Positions 1-10,776 of a stretch of DNA of 64,000 nucleotides are shown piece by piece. This stretch comes from Octopus sinensis (Eukaryota), in contig NC_043004.1 of the NCBI RefSeq assembly GCF_006345805.1, positions 8,928,001-8,992,000 of the forward strand, written 5' to 3'. Position 1 is the first letter of the stretch. Each line of letters starts with the position of its first letter. The notes below the pieces were generated by a model, which was not told the origin of the DNA, did not search any database, and worked only from the letters and a program-made list of their open reading frames with translations. The translations under genes and the position numbers were made by a program.

Positions 1-68
1 GGGGCTAAAAGCTACAGTAACACCCACACTTAGTGGTTAGCCATATTGAGATGGCTAGTATACTTTAC

Positions 69-140
<72 letters not shown>

Positions 141-502
141 GCCTTCAGATCGATGTAGCAATGATGTAGCAATAGATGACGGAGAAATTCTCAAAATAGA
201 AGAATCTGGAAATAGGGGTAACTCGAATGTGGAGCCTAACAACAGAAACAATCTCTATAATAATAGGGGCATTAGGTGTAAATAGAAAACATTCAGAGAG
301 ATCCGTAAGCAAAACACCAGGACTTACGAATGTATCTATAACATAGAGAAAATAGCACTACTAGGCAGCGCACACATCCTACGAAAAGCACTTTCAATAC
401 AGTGAAAATAAGAGGAGCACAACAAACCACAGCACATATCCAAGGCACACAGGGCTGCACTGGGTAGTGCAGTGAAAGCACGATATAAAAATAGGACTAC
501 TG
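141..502 (+). mobile_element. 3' end of Dong/R4-type RLE non-LTR retrotransposon (decayed) with (AAT)n tail
   Basis: Translates IDVAM..KNLEIGVTRMWSLTTETISIIIGALG..EKIALLGSAHILRKALSIQ* (stop 403-405), the C-terminal motif of R4/Dong ORFs; flanked on both sides by (AAT)n. Confidence 0.8.
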
Positions 503-533
503 AATAATAATCGTAATAATAATAATAATAATC

Positions 534-600
<67 letters not shown>

Positions 601-602
601 TA

Positions 603-1185
603 ATGGTAAGACAAGACAATGTAGTTAGATATGTCCACTGGCTGTAGTGTGGTAGAGCAAACCTCGAGAGAGCCGAACAATGGTATGAACACAAGCCAGA
701 AGGAGTAATGGAAAACGAACATTACAAGATACTCTGGGATTTTAACATGGAGTGCGACCAAGTTATAGAGGCGACACGATCAGATATGGTGATCATCCAA
801 AAAAATGAAAAAGAAGTAAAGTTAATAGATGTTACAGTACCAAGCGATTCGAAGGTGAAATGTAAGGAAACAAAAGATTGAGAAATACCAGCAACTGCGG
901 GACTAGATAAGAAAGTTAAGGGGAAAGTAATGGTGATACCGGTGGTAATTGGAGCATTAAGAGCTGTTTCCAAAGGCTTTGAAAAACATAATGAGAATAT
1001 TGGAGCTGCTGTCAGGTTCGAGGTGATCCAGAAGACAGCATTGTTGGGTACAACTCACATTCTAAGGAGAGTATTGTCTCTTTGAGACACAGGAGAAGGC
1101 ACTACTTGAAACCTTTGGTGGTTTGTTATTGCCTGCTTTCAAGTATAGAATAACCGGTGATTAAGAACTATCCGAGAGTCTTTCA
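603..1185 (+). mobile_element. 3' end of a second Dong/R4-type RLE LINE subfamily
   Basis: QDNVVRYVHW..WYEHKPEGVMENEHYKILWDF..DMVII..KLIDVTVP..IEKYQ..VIPVVIGAL..IQKTALLGTTHILRRVLSL* (stop 1083-1085); several frameshifts; followed by (GTA)n. Confidence 0.85.
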
Positions 1186-1232
<47 letters not shown>

Positions 1233-1274
1233 TAGTAGTAGTAGTAGTAGTAATTTGAAGAAAGAAGGAAAAAC

Positions 1275-1326
<52 letters not shown>

Positions 1327-1349
1327 TAATAATAATAAAGAATAATAAT

Positions 1350-1890
1350 GCCCTGATGCAATTCCCGGTTTCTGATCTTAACTGATTGGAAGAGTTATGT
1401 GACATGTTTTGTGTTGATGTCAAAGATGAGCTGCAACAAATATTCTGCTCAATGCCAGAGACTTGGAGTCAATTGTTTGATCTTAACCAGTTGAGCACGT
1501 CAATTGGTGGCAGACGATATGTGCATCTCTGATCACGAGCAGAAGTAGCAGGGGTAGGGACATCATAGCTATGTGTTGAAAGGGATTCTTTAGGGTTTGA
1601 ATATTTCACTCCTGGAAACGTGGGTGTTTCGTACATTATCCTTGAACAACCCTTATTCAAAGACTTTTTCAGTGACATGGGTTCTCGACCCGAAGAAAAT
1701 TCTAACTGGGCCCCCCACCTGCATGGTCATGCGGGTTTTATTTTGATACGAGGTCACCATGTCGCACACACATGGTTGTGATGCATGTATCTGGTATACA
1801 CTTATCAAACGGATAGCCATGGTGGGTATATTGGACTTTGTATATTTGTACCTCAGTGTCAATTTGGTGCCGTGTGCTCCTCCCTCACTG
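1350..1890 (+). mobile_element. ~540-bp non-coding retroposon-like element embedded in (AAT)n, copy 1
   Basis: Reverse complement of 56303-56841 along its whole length; (AAT)n-like flanks; no ORF. Confidence 0.75.
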
Positions 1891-2287
1891 AATAACAAAT
1901 AATAACAATAATAACGATAATAAGTAAATAGATAACAATATATATATATAAAGGTGGGACGTGTTAAATCTAAATGAGAATGAAATCGTATCAGGATGAC
2001 CCGTCCGATTCGGGCTGACATGGAAACCGGACATAGACTGTTGACGGGCTACAATCACAATATGTATTCATAATGTATATAATCATAAGGTGGAGACGAC
2101 TGTGATCGTTTGGCCACCGGAGAAAATGCTTTCTTCCGAGTTTAAATTCTTCTGAGGTTGACCTTGCCTTTTATCCTTTCGAGGATCGATAAGAAAATTA
2201 CTAATCGAACTCTGGGGTCGATGTAATTGAATTGTTCCTTCCCACTAAAATTACTGGTCCTTCTACCTTTAGAAGAAAGAAATAAAT

Positions 2288-2447
2288 GGCGCAGGCGTGA
2301 CTGTGTGGTAAGAAGTTTACTTCCCAATCACATGGTTGCGGGTTCAAGTTTCACTGCGTGGCACCTTGGACAAGTGTCTTCTACTATAGACCGGAGCCGA
2401 CCAAAGCCTTGAGTAGATTTGGTAGACGGAAACTGTAAGAAGTCCGT

Positions 2448-2450
<3 letters not shown>
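2288..2450 (+). mobile_element. tRNA-derived SINE family A, head
   Basis: ggcgcaggcgtgactgtgtggtaag (A-box-like) and ggttcaagt (B-box-like); matches the head of the copies at 39543 and 40015. Confidence 0.8.
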
Positions 2451-2490
<40 letters not shown>

Positions 2491-2494
2491 TGAA

Positions 2495-2640
2495 ATTTAC
2501 AGAAAAGCAAAAGACGAAGACAGGGTATTAGTTTGACGCCCAGGAAAGTGAGAAAGTCTTTTACGTTTTGAGCCAACGCTCTTCAACAGAAAGGAACACG
2601 AGAAAATAAACACAGTGAGAAGAAAAGAATTTGTGGAGTT
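2495..2640 (-). mobile_element. Penelope-LTR-like unit with degenerate hammerhead motif (CUGUUGA family)
   Basis: Minus strand 2558-2593: cuuu-CUGUUGA-A-GAGC-guug-GCUC-AAA-ACGU-A-aaag; homologous to 28555-28745; (TA)n flanks. Confidence 0.6.
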
Positions 2641-2667
2641 AGCGGTCAATTATATATATATTATATA

Positions 2668-2701
<34 letters not shown>

Positions 2702-2702
<1 letters not shown>

Positions 2703-3100
2703 CTCTTTTCTTTTACTCTTTTACTTGTTTCAGTCATTTGACTGCGGCCATGCTGGGGCACCACCTTTTAGTCGAGCAAATCGACCTCGGGACTTATTCT
2801 TTGTAAGCCTAGTACTTATTCTATCGGTCTCTTTTTGCCGAACCGCTAAGTGACGGGGACTAAACACACTAGCATCGTTTGTCAAGCAATGCTAGGGGGA
2901 CAAACACAGACACAAATACCACACACACACACACATATATATATATATAATATATATACGAGACGGGCTTTTTCAGTTTCCGTCTACCAAATCCACTCAC
3001 AAGGCTTTGTCGGGCCCCGAGGCTATAGTAGAAAACACTTTCCCGGGACTGAACCCGGAACAATGTGGTTGGTAAACAAGCTACTTACCACACAGCCACA
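2702..3100 (-). mobile_element. SINE family A, near full length
   Basis: Reverse complement of the 40015-40445 copy: head, internal (TA)/(CA) tract, body and (AAAAGAGT)-type tail. Confidence 0.9.
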
Positions 3101-3164
3101 TATATATATGTGTGTGTGTATGTATATGTATATATCTATGTATATGTATATAGCTATGTGTGCG

Positions 3165-3373
3165 TGACCTTGTGTCTGCGTTTGTCCCCACTACCGTTTG
3201 ACAATCAATGTTTGTGTGTTTACGTCCTCATAGCATAGCAGTTTGGCAAAAGGGATAAATAGAATAAGTAATAAACTAAAAAAAAGTCTTGGGGTCGATT
3301 CATTGGACCAAAAGTTTATCAAGGTGGTGCCCCAGCATGGCCGCAATCTAATGACCGAAGTAAGCAAAAGATA
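3165..3373 (+). mobile_element. SINE family A, body and tail
   Basis: gtttgtcccc..ggggtcgat..ggtggtgccccagcatggccgc..aaaagata; probably the 3' half of the head at 2288. Confidence 0.75.
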
Positions 3374-3886
3374 ATTAAAAAAAAAAAACGATAGTGTAAT
3401 ATATATCCTTTAATATTTCGCTTGGGTGTAGCGAAACTAATAACCTGGTGTTACGACTCAATATGCTTCTGCTTCAGAGGAAAACGGAAGTCGAGTACAG
3501 GGCGTACTTCTTATGCATGACCTTATAGTAAGGGCGTACTCTTTATGTATTCGCGTGTTGTATAGGTTGTACTCCTTATGTTTGACGTCATAGCTTCCTA
3601 TGAAACCTTGCTGCATGGGCTTTGACTGCAATTTAAGGATCGGACCCTGATTCTATTTAGGAATTACTTAAGGGTGCACAGGTGTGTAGAATACTCTTCA
3701 CGTTACACGTTAGTTTAACGAGTCAGACGTTCATACTCCTCATTGAAACCGACGAAGGACCCGTCAATAAATCTATCGTTAGCCAGCGAGTATGGCTGCA
3801 AAGCATGCACCAGGTTTTCTCTTATTGTTTCTGGTGTTCATCCACAGAGAACCAAACGGCCATCGGAAGGTTGGTTCGGTGGAACA

Positions 3887-3924
3887 TCGAGAGAGAGAGA
3901 GCGAGAGAGAGAGATAGATAGATA

Positions 3925-3955
<31 letters not shown>

Positions 3956-4490
3956 AAGAGAGAGGGAGAGAGAGAGACAGCGAGAGAGAGACAACGAGAG
4001 AGAGAGGGTGAGAGAGAGAGACAGAAAGAGAGACAGAGAGAGAGTTTAGAGAGAGAGTGAGGTAGAGAGAAGGAGAGAGAGAAAGAGAGAAGAGAGAGAG
4101 GGTGAGAGAGTTTGAGAGAGACAGAGAGAAAGGGAGAGAGAGAAAGAGAGAGACAGACAGACAGAAAGAGAGAGAGACAGCGCGCGCGAGAGAGAGAGGG
4201 TGAGAGAGAGACAGAAAGAGAGACAGAGAGAGAGTTTGAGAGAGAAAGAGGGAGGGAGAGAGGGAGAGAGAGAAAGAGAGAGAGAAAGAGGGAGGGAGAG
4301 AGGGAGAGAGAGAAAGAGAGAGAGAAAGAGAGAGACACAGAGAGACAGAAGGAGAGAGACAGCGAGAGAAAGAGAGAGGGTAAGAGAGTTTGAGAGAAAC
4401 AGAGAGAGAGAGAAAGAGAGAGAGAGAGACAGAAAGAGAGAGACAGACAGACAGAAAGAGAGACAGCGAGAGAGAGAGGGGGTGAAAGAG
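3887..4490. repeat. Complex (GA)n purine tract with ~190-bp higher-order repetition
   Basis: The landmarks acagcg..gagggtgagagagagacagaaa..gagagttt recur near 3975, 4180 and 4360. Confidence 0.85.
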
Positions 4491-4892
4491 GGCTGCACCA
4501 TTATTCACACACACACTTGCACGTGCAAGTTTTAAAAAAAAGGAAATTTGGGAAAATATACAGATTTATATTTCAGTTAACGATTGTCAAAATTGGGAGA
4601 AAGAGAGAAAGAGATTGAATGAAAGATACGGTAAGAGAGAAAGACTGAAAAAAAAATGAGCCAGTGAAAGAAAACGTGAAGGAAATGGCGAGAGATGAAT
4701 GAAAAGCGTTTGACCTTCTCACCACAAAGAGACAGAGTTTCGCGAATAAAGAACCACGCCAAGAAAAATGTTAATAAAACAGTTCCTGATCAACAGAATC
4801 TCCATTCGAGTGAGAGGAGGCGCTTGTAGATAATTTCCGTTTGGTTTTTACTCGAAATGGGAGTGTGTCTTATTACAAACAAATGTGTTATA

Positions 4893-4907
4893 AATTATTA
4901 TTATTAC

Positions 4908-4958
<51 letters not shown>

Positions 4959-4966
4959 GATTATTA

Positions 4967-5027
<61 letters not shown>

Positions 5028-5134
5028 CATCATCATCATCATCATCATCACCATCATCATCATTACTAATATTATTATTATTATATTATTATTATTATTA
5101 TTATTATATAACGTATTATTAATTATTATTATTA

Positions 5135-5176
<42 letters not shown>

Positions 5177-5200
5177 CATAATCATTATTATTATTATTAT
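4893..5200. repeat. (ATT)n/(CAT)n microsatellite
   Basis: Read directly. Confidence 0.95.
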
Positions 5201-5717
5201 TGTGTGTGTGTGCGTGTGTGTGATGGTGTTGGACGCGACGAAGACGAAGCTCAGTGTTATTGTAAGGGTGAAAGGGATGAAGATTATCAAGAAAGACGAG
5301 AGACATACGATTTTGTGAGTGTGTGTGTGTATATATGTTTGTATGTATATGTATATGTGCGTGTGTATGTGTGCTGGACACGTATATATATATAGATATC
5401 AGCTCATATATCTATCTATCTATATGTATGTATATGTATGTATATAGATGAAAACACAAACACATACACACGCATATATGTATATATACAGTTACATACA
5501 CACACACACACATATATATATATGTATATATATATACATACATACACGCACACACACACACACATATATATATATAAATTGCGGATAAAATCGTTAAAAA
5601 TGATTTTATCAATGGCCAGCGTATAATAACAACCATATCGGTGTTTATTACTGTATTATAATTATAATTAAGCATCCTTAATTATAATTATATATTTAAA
5701 TTATATACTTAAATATA

Positions 5718-5757
<40 letters not shown>

Positions 5758-5768
5758 GTATGTATATG

Positions 5769-5807
<39 letters not shown>

Positions 5808-6290
5808 TATATATATGCACATATGTCTCTATACGTATGGGTATTCCTGTTTGCATATCCAGGCTCCTAAGTGCTTGGTCCAAACCCTTCACCCCTACCT
5901 CCACCTAACTCCATCCACTTCTAAGACATTCGCATCTTTTCTTTTCTTTATCTTTTTTCTACCCGGAAGTGATTGTAAGAAGACGTGTTAGGTGTGCGAT
6001 GTCTCGAGCCGGCTTTAGTCAGCACAACACCAGCATCCACAGAAGAAGCAGGCTAAACTCTATTTCCAAAATGGCTGTTTATGTTGGAATTTCATTTTGT
6101 TTATTTTCAGAATGTTCTTGCTAAAAATGAGGGCGTAACGTTAACAAATGATTCCGTATTAAAGATATGGTCGTAAAATAAATACATAATATATAGAAGA
6201 AATATCTTTGTGTACATATGCGCCTCTTTGTCTCTCTGTTTGTCCGTCTGTCGGCCTGCTTGCCAGACTGCCCGTTTGTCTGTCTGTATG

Positions 6291-6331
<41 letters not shown>

Positions 6332-6487
6332 ATGCATTTATATTTCTATGTATGTGTATATATGTATATATATGCATTGATACATATTTATAATGCACAC
6401 GTAATTATATATACGTGTGTATATATTTATATATATGTGTGTGTGTGTGTGTATATACATACATATATATATATATGTATATATATG

Positions 6488-6522
<35 letters not shown>

Positions 6523-6744
6523 ATGTGTGTGTGTGTGTGTGTGTGTGTATGTACATATATTTACACGTTTGTTTACTTGTTAATGTATATGTGTGTGAGT
6601 GTGTGAATGTGTGTGCGTGCGTGTGTGTATGTGCATGTGCGCTTGTACAAAGAGGCGTGGTGCTATTATAAATTAGATGAACCGACGAAATTTTAAACCT
6701 GTGGGGTCAAAGTTTGGAAGTATTGCGTACCACCATCATAATAT

Positions 6745-6791
<47 letters not shown>

Positions 6792-7363
6792 CACATACAT
6801 ACACGTATATGTATGTCGTTATGTGTGTATATGCGTGTATGAATTCATAAATGTGTGTGTATATACCTGCGTCTGTGTGTGTATGAATAGAGAGGCGTGG
6901 TGCTTTAATGAACTTGTTGAATCTGAAGCCTATGGATTGACAAGCATTGTGTACCGTCATTACGATCGTTTCCAACCATCTACCACCACCACCACCACCG
7001 CCACCACCACGACGACGACGACGACCACCACCACCACCACCACCACCACCACCACCACCAGCATTACTACCACCACTACCAGAAAAGGAAAATAAAATAA
7101 GTTCTTGTCATATTTCGTTACTGCACTTTCTATGTGTCAAGAGAGAAATGGCCATACAGGCTTCTAGAAACGTCTGATATTTTGCCTCAATCTATATTTA
7201 TTGTAGAGTTGGTTACTATAGTTACTGTTGAAGCAGCTGTAATAAATTGCATTGATTTTGATAATAATTATCTGCAAAACTTGTCCAAATATCTATAATA
7301 CCGAAACCAATAATATAATAAAATAGTTTTGTTTTACTTCGTTAATATTTTGCCGAGTTTAAA

Positions 7364-7576
7364 AGCGGCGAGATGGCAGAAACGTTAGCACGACAGACAA
7401 AATGCTTAGCGGCATTTCGTCTGTCTTTACGTTCTGAGTTCAAAATTCCACCGTGGTCCACTTTGCCTTTCATACTTTCAGGGTCGATAAATTAAGTACC
7501 AGTTGCGTACTGGGGTCGATCTAATCGACTGGCCCTCTCCACCAAAATTTCGGGCCTTCTGCCTTGAATAGAAAGG
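7364..7576 (+). mobile_element. tRNA-derived SINE family B with 20-bp target-site duplication
   Basis: ggcgagatggcagaaacgttagc..gagttcaaa..ggggtcgataaattaagtaccag; flanked by aatattttgcc(g/t)agtttaaa at 7344-7363 and 7577-7596. Confidence 0.9.
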
Positions 7577-7596
7577 AATATTTTGCCTAGTTTAAA

Positions 7597-7815
7597 GGCG
7601 GCGAGCTGGCAGAAGCGTTAACATGCCAGGCAAAATGCTTAGCGCCATTTTGTCTGTCTGTCCTGGGTTCAAACCCCACGAAGAACAACTCAGCCTTTCC
7701 TCCTTTCGGGGTCGACAAAATAAGTACCAGTTGAACACTGCGGTTAATGTAATCGACTTACCCACTTCCCCCAGAATTGCTGGCCTTGTGCCAAAATTTG
7801 AAACTAATATTTTGT
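7597..7815 (+). mobile_element. SINE family B (different subfamily)
   Basis: ggcggcgagctggcagaagcgttaac..tttcggggtcgacaaaataagtaccag..gtgccaaaatttgaaac. Confidence 0.85.
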
Positions 7816-10164
7816 CCAATTTTCAACCAATTATATCTTCCTTCGATTATACCACGTGATAGGACTGAGTACAAGGGCAGATTTATTGGCTCCCTATTGC
7901 TTTCAACATTGGAGATGTCTCGTTCCCATTTCCAAACTCGCTAGAATTTCGGATCGAACAGACCTCAAGGAACCAGTTCCTCTCTCTAGGTACCGAGCAG
8001 CAAGCCCCCTGACTCGTTCCGGTTAATCTTTTGCTCCTGTCTCATATTTCTTTAGAACAGTCTTAATCACATCGACTTCCGAGTCAGCGACATGTTATGC
8101 ATATGCCGACTGGGCTTTTTCATGAATCATTTCGAAAGGGATACCTTTAATGCCTCTAGTTTCTGGAACAGTGGCTCTCAAGAATGCACCTACAAAAGAA
8201 ACAAGAGAAAAAACACTTTTGACGGATGGTGCGTATGATTGAAAATGGTTCTGATTGGTCGTCTTTTTATCATCGAGCACGCTGAAGTACCCTTGGCTTC
8301 TATAATGGAACTGAAAGACGTTGCTCTGAAGACAGTCACTGATTAAGGATTGTCAGTTTTAGCGAAACTTTAAATTAACGTAAATTTTGATGCTCCCACC
8401 CCATCAAAACCAAATTCTTTTTGTCTATTTTATCTCTGATGTATCGCATGAGGTGGAGATTATAGAAGATCAATCTGCTTGGATAAATCCGCGCTTTCTT
8501 GACTGTCTGCCGATGACATGCGCTGTGGTTAAAATTCTAAACTCTGTATATAACAGATTTATTGAGAGGAGGTTGTCAAAATTCTTCGCCAGTAGAGTTG
8601 TTTATTCTCGGTTCCAAAACGAGGAATTCATATGTTCTGTTGCAAGTTAAAGTGGATGTTTGTCACGATGTCAGCGACCAAATTGGGAAAATATATGCAA
8701 AATCTCAGGATGTTCAGACTCGGAGATTTTCCTCTCGTACACCTGACTTCCGCTGACCCTAACCCTAAGCTGCTGTGGTTAGGTTCTCGCAGCTCTCCAC
8801 CGAGGACCACCGCGGTCAGTTGAGCAAGTTACTAATGTTTATTACTGTATCCGGTTCACCGAACACCTCCAATAGTTGAGCGTGGGCTGATGAATACTAT
8901 ACCTCTGCTCAGGGACGGACAGCAGGCCCCGATCCCGGTCATTCAGAGATAGAATTGTGGCTTCCTTACTGTGTCAATCGATTCCCACTTGGGCCCGTTG
9001 AAAGGCATTAGCTCCGGCCATTCAATCGTGTTTCAATTGAAGGAATGGCTGAGAGCCATTCTTACCGCCAATTCGTCGGTAACGAAGCATTTCCCAACAA
9101 TCTCTTCTAATTAGATCACTAACTCCGCCCTTCGATCTATTTCCTCCTGCATGGCTTCTATACGAAATGTATCTTGTTCTACGTCCTCTCTCAACCTACT
9201 ATGGCTTCTTTTGACAACAGTGAACTTGATGGCGTTTGGGCATTTTTGTGAGTTTGATTGTTGCTGTTGTTTTTGTGGTTGTTTTTATTGTGACTGTGTT
9301 TTCTGTAGTTTTCTTTTTGGTGTTATTGTGGGATGGCTGCTGTTGTTGATTGTTGTTGTTGTTTTTGTTAAGCAACAAGACAGGTAAGGGTGAATAGGTG
9401 ATGGTCTAGGGCTTAGGGGCGTGAGACCCCATACCTTGGAAAAAAAACTTTGGTCGTCTTGTAGTCAAGGGCCCTTCGTTGACGCCCGACACCACTGGGA
9501 GGTGACCCTCGAAGTCGCTGGAAATGGAGATCTCCAGGTTCAAATTCTTGAACAGCTGTTGTTGTTGATGTGATGATGGATGCCAGTAGTTGTGCTTCAG
9601 CTGTGAAGCAAGTCATCTCGGTTCTGTGTCGCTTCCTTAAACCTTACAAATTTTAACTAGGAGTGAGGTGGACCCCTTTTCTTCTTAACCTTTCTGTTCC
9701 CTACCATAAAGTTAAATTAACAGCAAGCCATCGATCTCCACTTGATAAATTCAATGTCTACCTTTTGTACTTGGCTATCTGTCATGAGTTGAACAACGAA
9801 AGGTTGGGAAGAGCCAAAGGGTGACTGTGTGTTTCCAAAAGCTTAAACTTATGGACACATAAAAGCAAATATTTTATTTCCAAGGTTTTTCTAAAATATA
9901 AGATATTTGCTCCTTACACGATAACTTAGATCAAGTTTTTCAGTTTCCTTGCCCCATGACCGCCCTTCTGTTCATATATCGCAACCAAGTAGTTTTATGC
10001 TCCCATATTCTAGCCCCCCCCCACACACATACACATATACACACACACACACTGGCAACCACTTGATCAAGACAAGCCACGAAAAATTCTCAATGTACTC
10101 GCTTGAAATGATAGAAATAGCAACCAACTCCTCTTCAGATCACAGTTTCATTTGAAAAAAATGT

Positions 10165-10345
10165 TTCAAATTTTGATACAAGACCAGTAATTTTCGGGAA
10201 GTTGACATCGCCCCAGTGCATAACTGGTATTTGTTTTATCAAGCAAAATCCTGGCGGGATTTGAACTCAGATTCCTTAGTATGGGAAGAAATAAGGCAAA
10301 ACATTTTGCCCGAGGTTTCAATGAAATACCAGCTTACCGCCCTGC
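10165..10345 (-). mobile_element. SINE family B fragment
   Basis: Reverse complement of ggcggtaagctgg..gagttcaaatcccgcc..gataaaacaaataccag. Confidence 0.65.
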
Positions 10346-10395
10346 GTAACACCACCACTACCACCACCACCACCACCACTACCACCACCACCACC

Positions 10396-10427
<32 letters not shown>

Positions 10428-10460
10428 CACCAACAAAATTAAAATTCTTAATAATAATGA

Positions 10461-10581
10461 TGCAGAATGTGTGGTGAGAGGGGTGAAACAGTATGGCACA
10501 TTGTTAGTGAATGCCCGAAATTGGTACAACGGTAATACAAAAGATGACATGTCAATGTGGCAAGAATGTTCCATTGGGAGC
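10461..10581 (+). mobile_element. RLE LINE fragment, CCHC zinc knuckle
   Basis: CRMCGERGETVWHIVSECPKLVQR*YKR*HVNVARMFHW; same family as 59003-59628; preceded by (ACC)n(AAC)n(AAT)n. Confidence 0.8.
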
Positions 10582-10582
10582 A

Positions 10583-10693
10583 GGGCTAGTCGATTACATC
10601 GACCCCAGTGCGTAACTGGTACTTATTTTATCGACCCGTAATTTGAACGTAAAGACAGACGAAATATGCGCGCTAACGATTCTGCCAACTTGC
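10583..10693 (-). mobile_element. SINE family B fragment (internally deleted)
   Basis: Reverse complement of aggcaagttggcagaatcgttagc..cgggtcgataaaataagtaccagttacgcactggggtcgatg. Confidence 0.65.
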
Positions 10694-10711
10694 CTAATAA
10701 TAATAATGATA

Positions 10712-10776
<65 letters not shown>

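Noticed and set aside
3499-3580. Repeat-spacer pattern resembling a mini CRISPR array
   Set aside because: Only three degenerate 17-bp repeats with 15-16 nt spacers, animal context, no cas genes.
8325-8370. CTGAAGA...GAAA motif as a hammerhead
   Set aside because: The only stem uses core nucleotides, and stems I and III cannot form.
8757-8768. (CCCTAA)2 telomere-like repeat
   Set aside because: Two units only; expected by chance.
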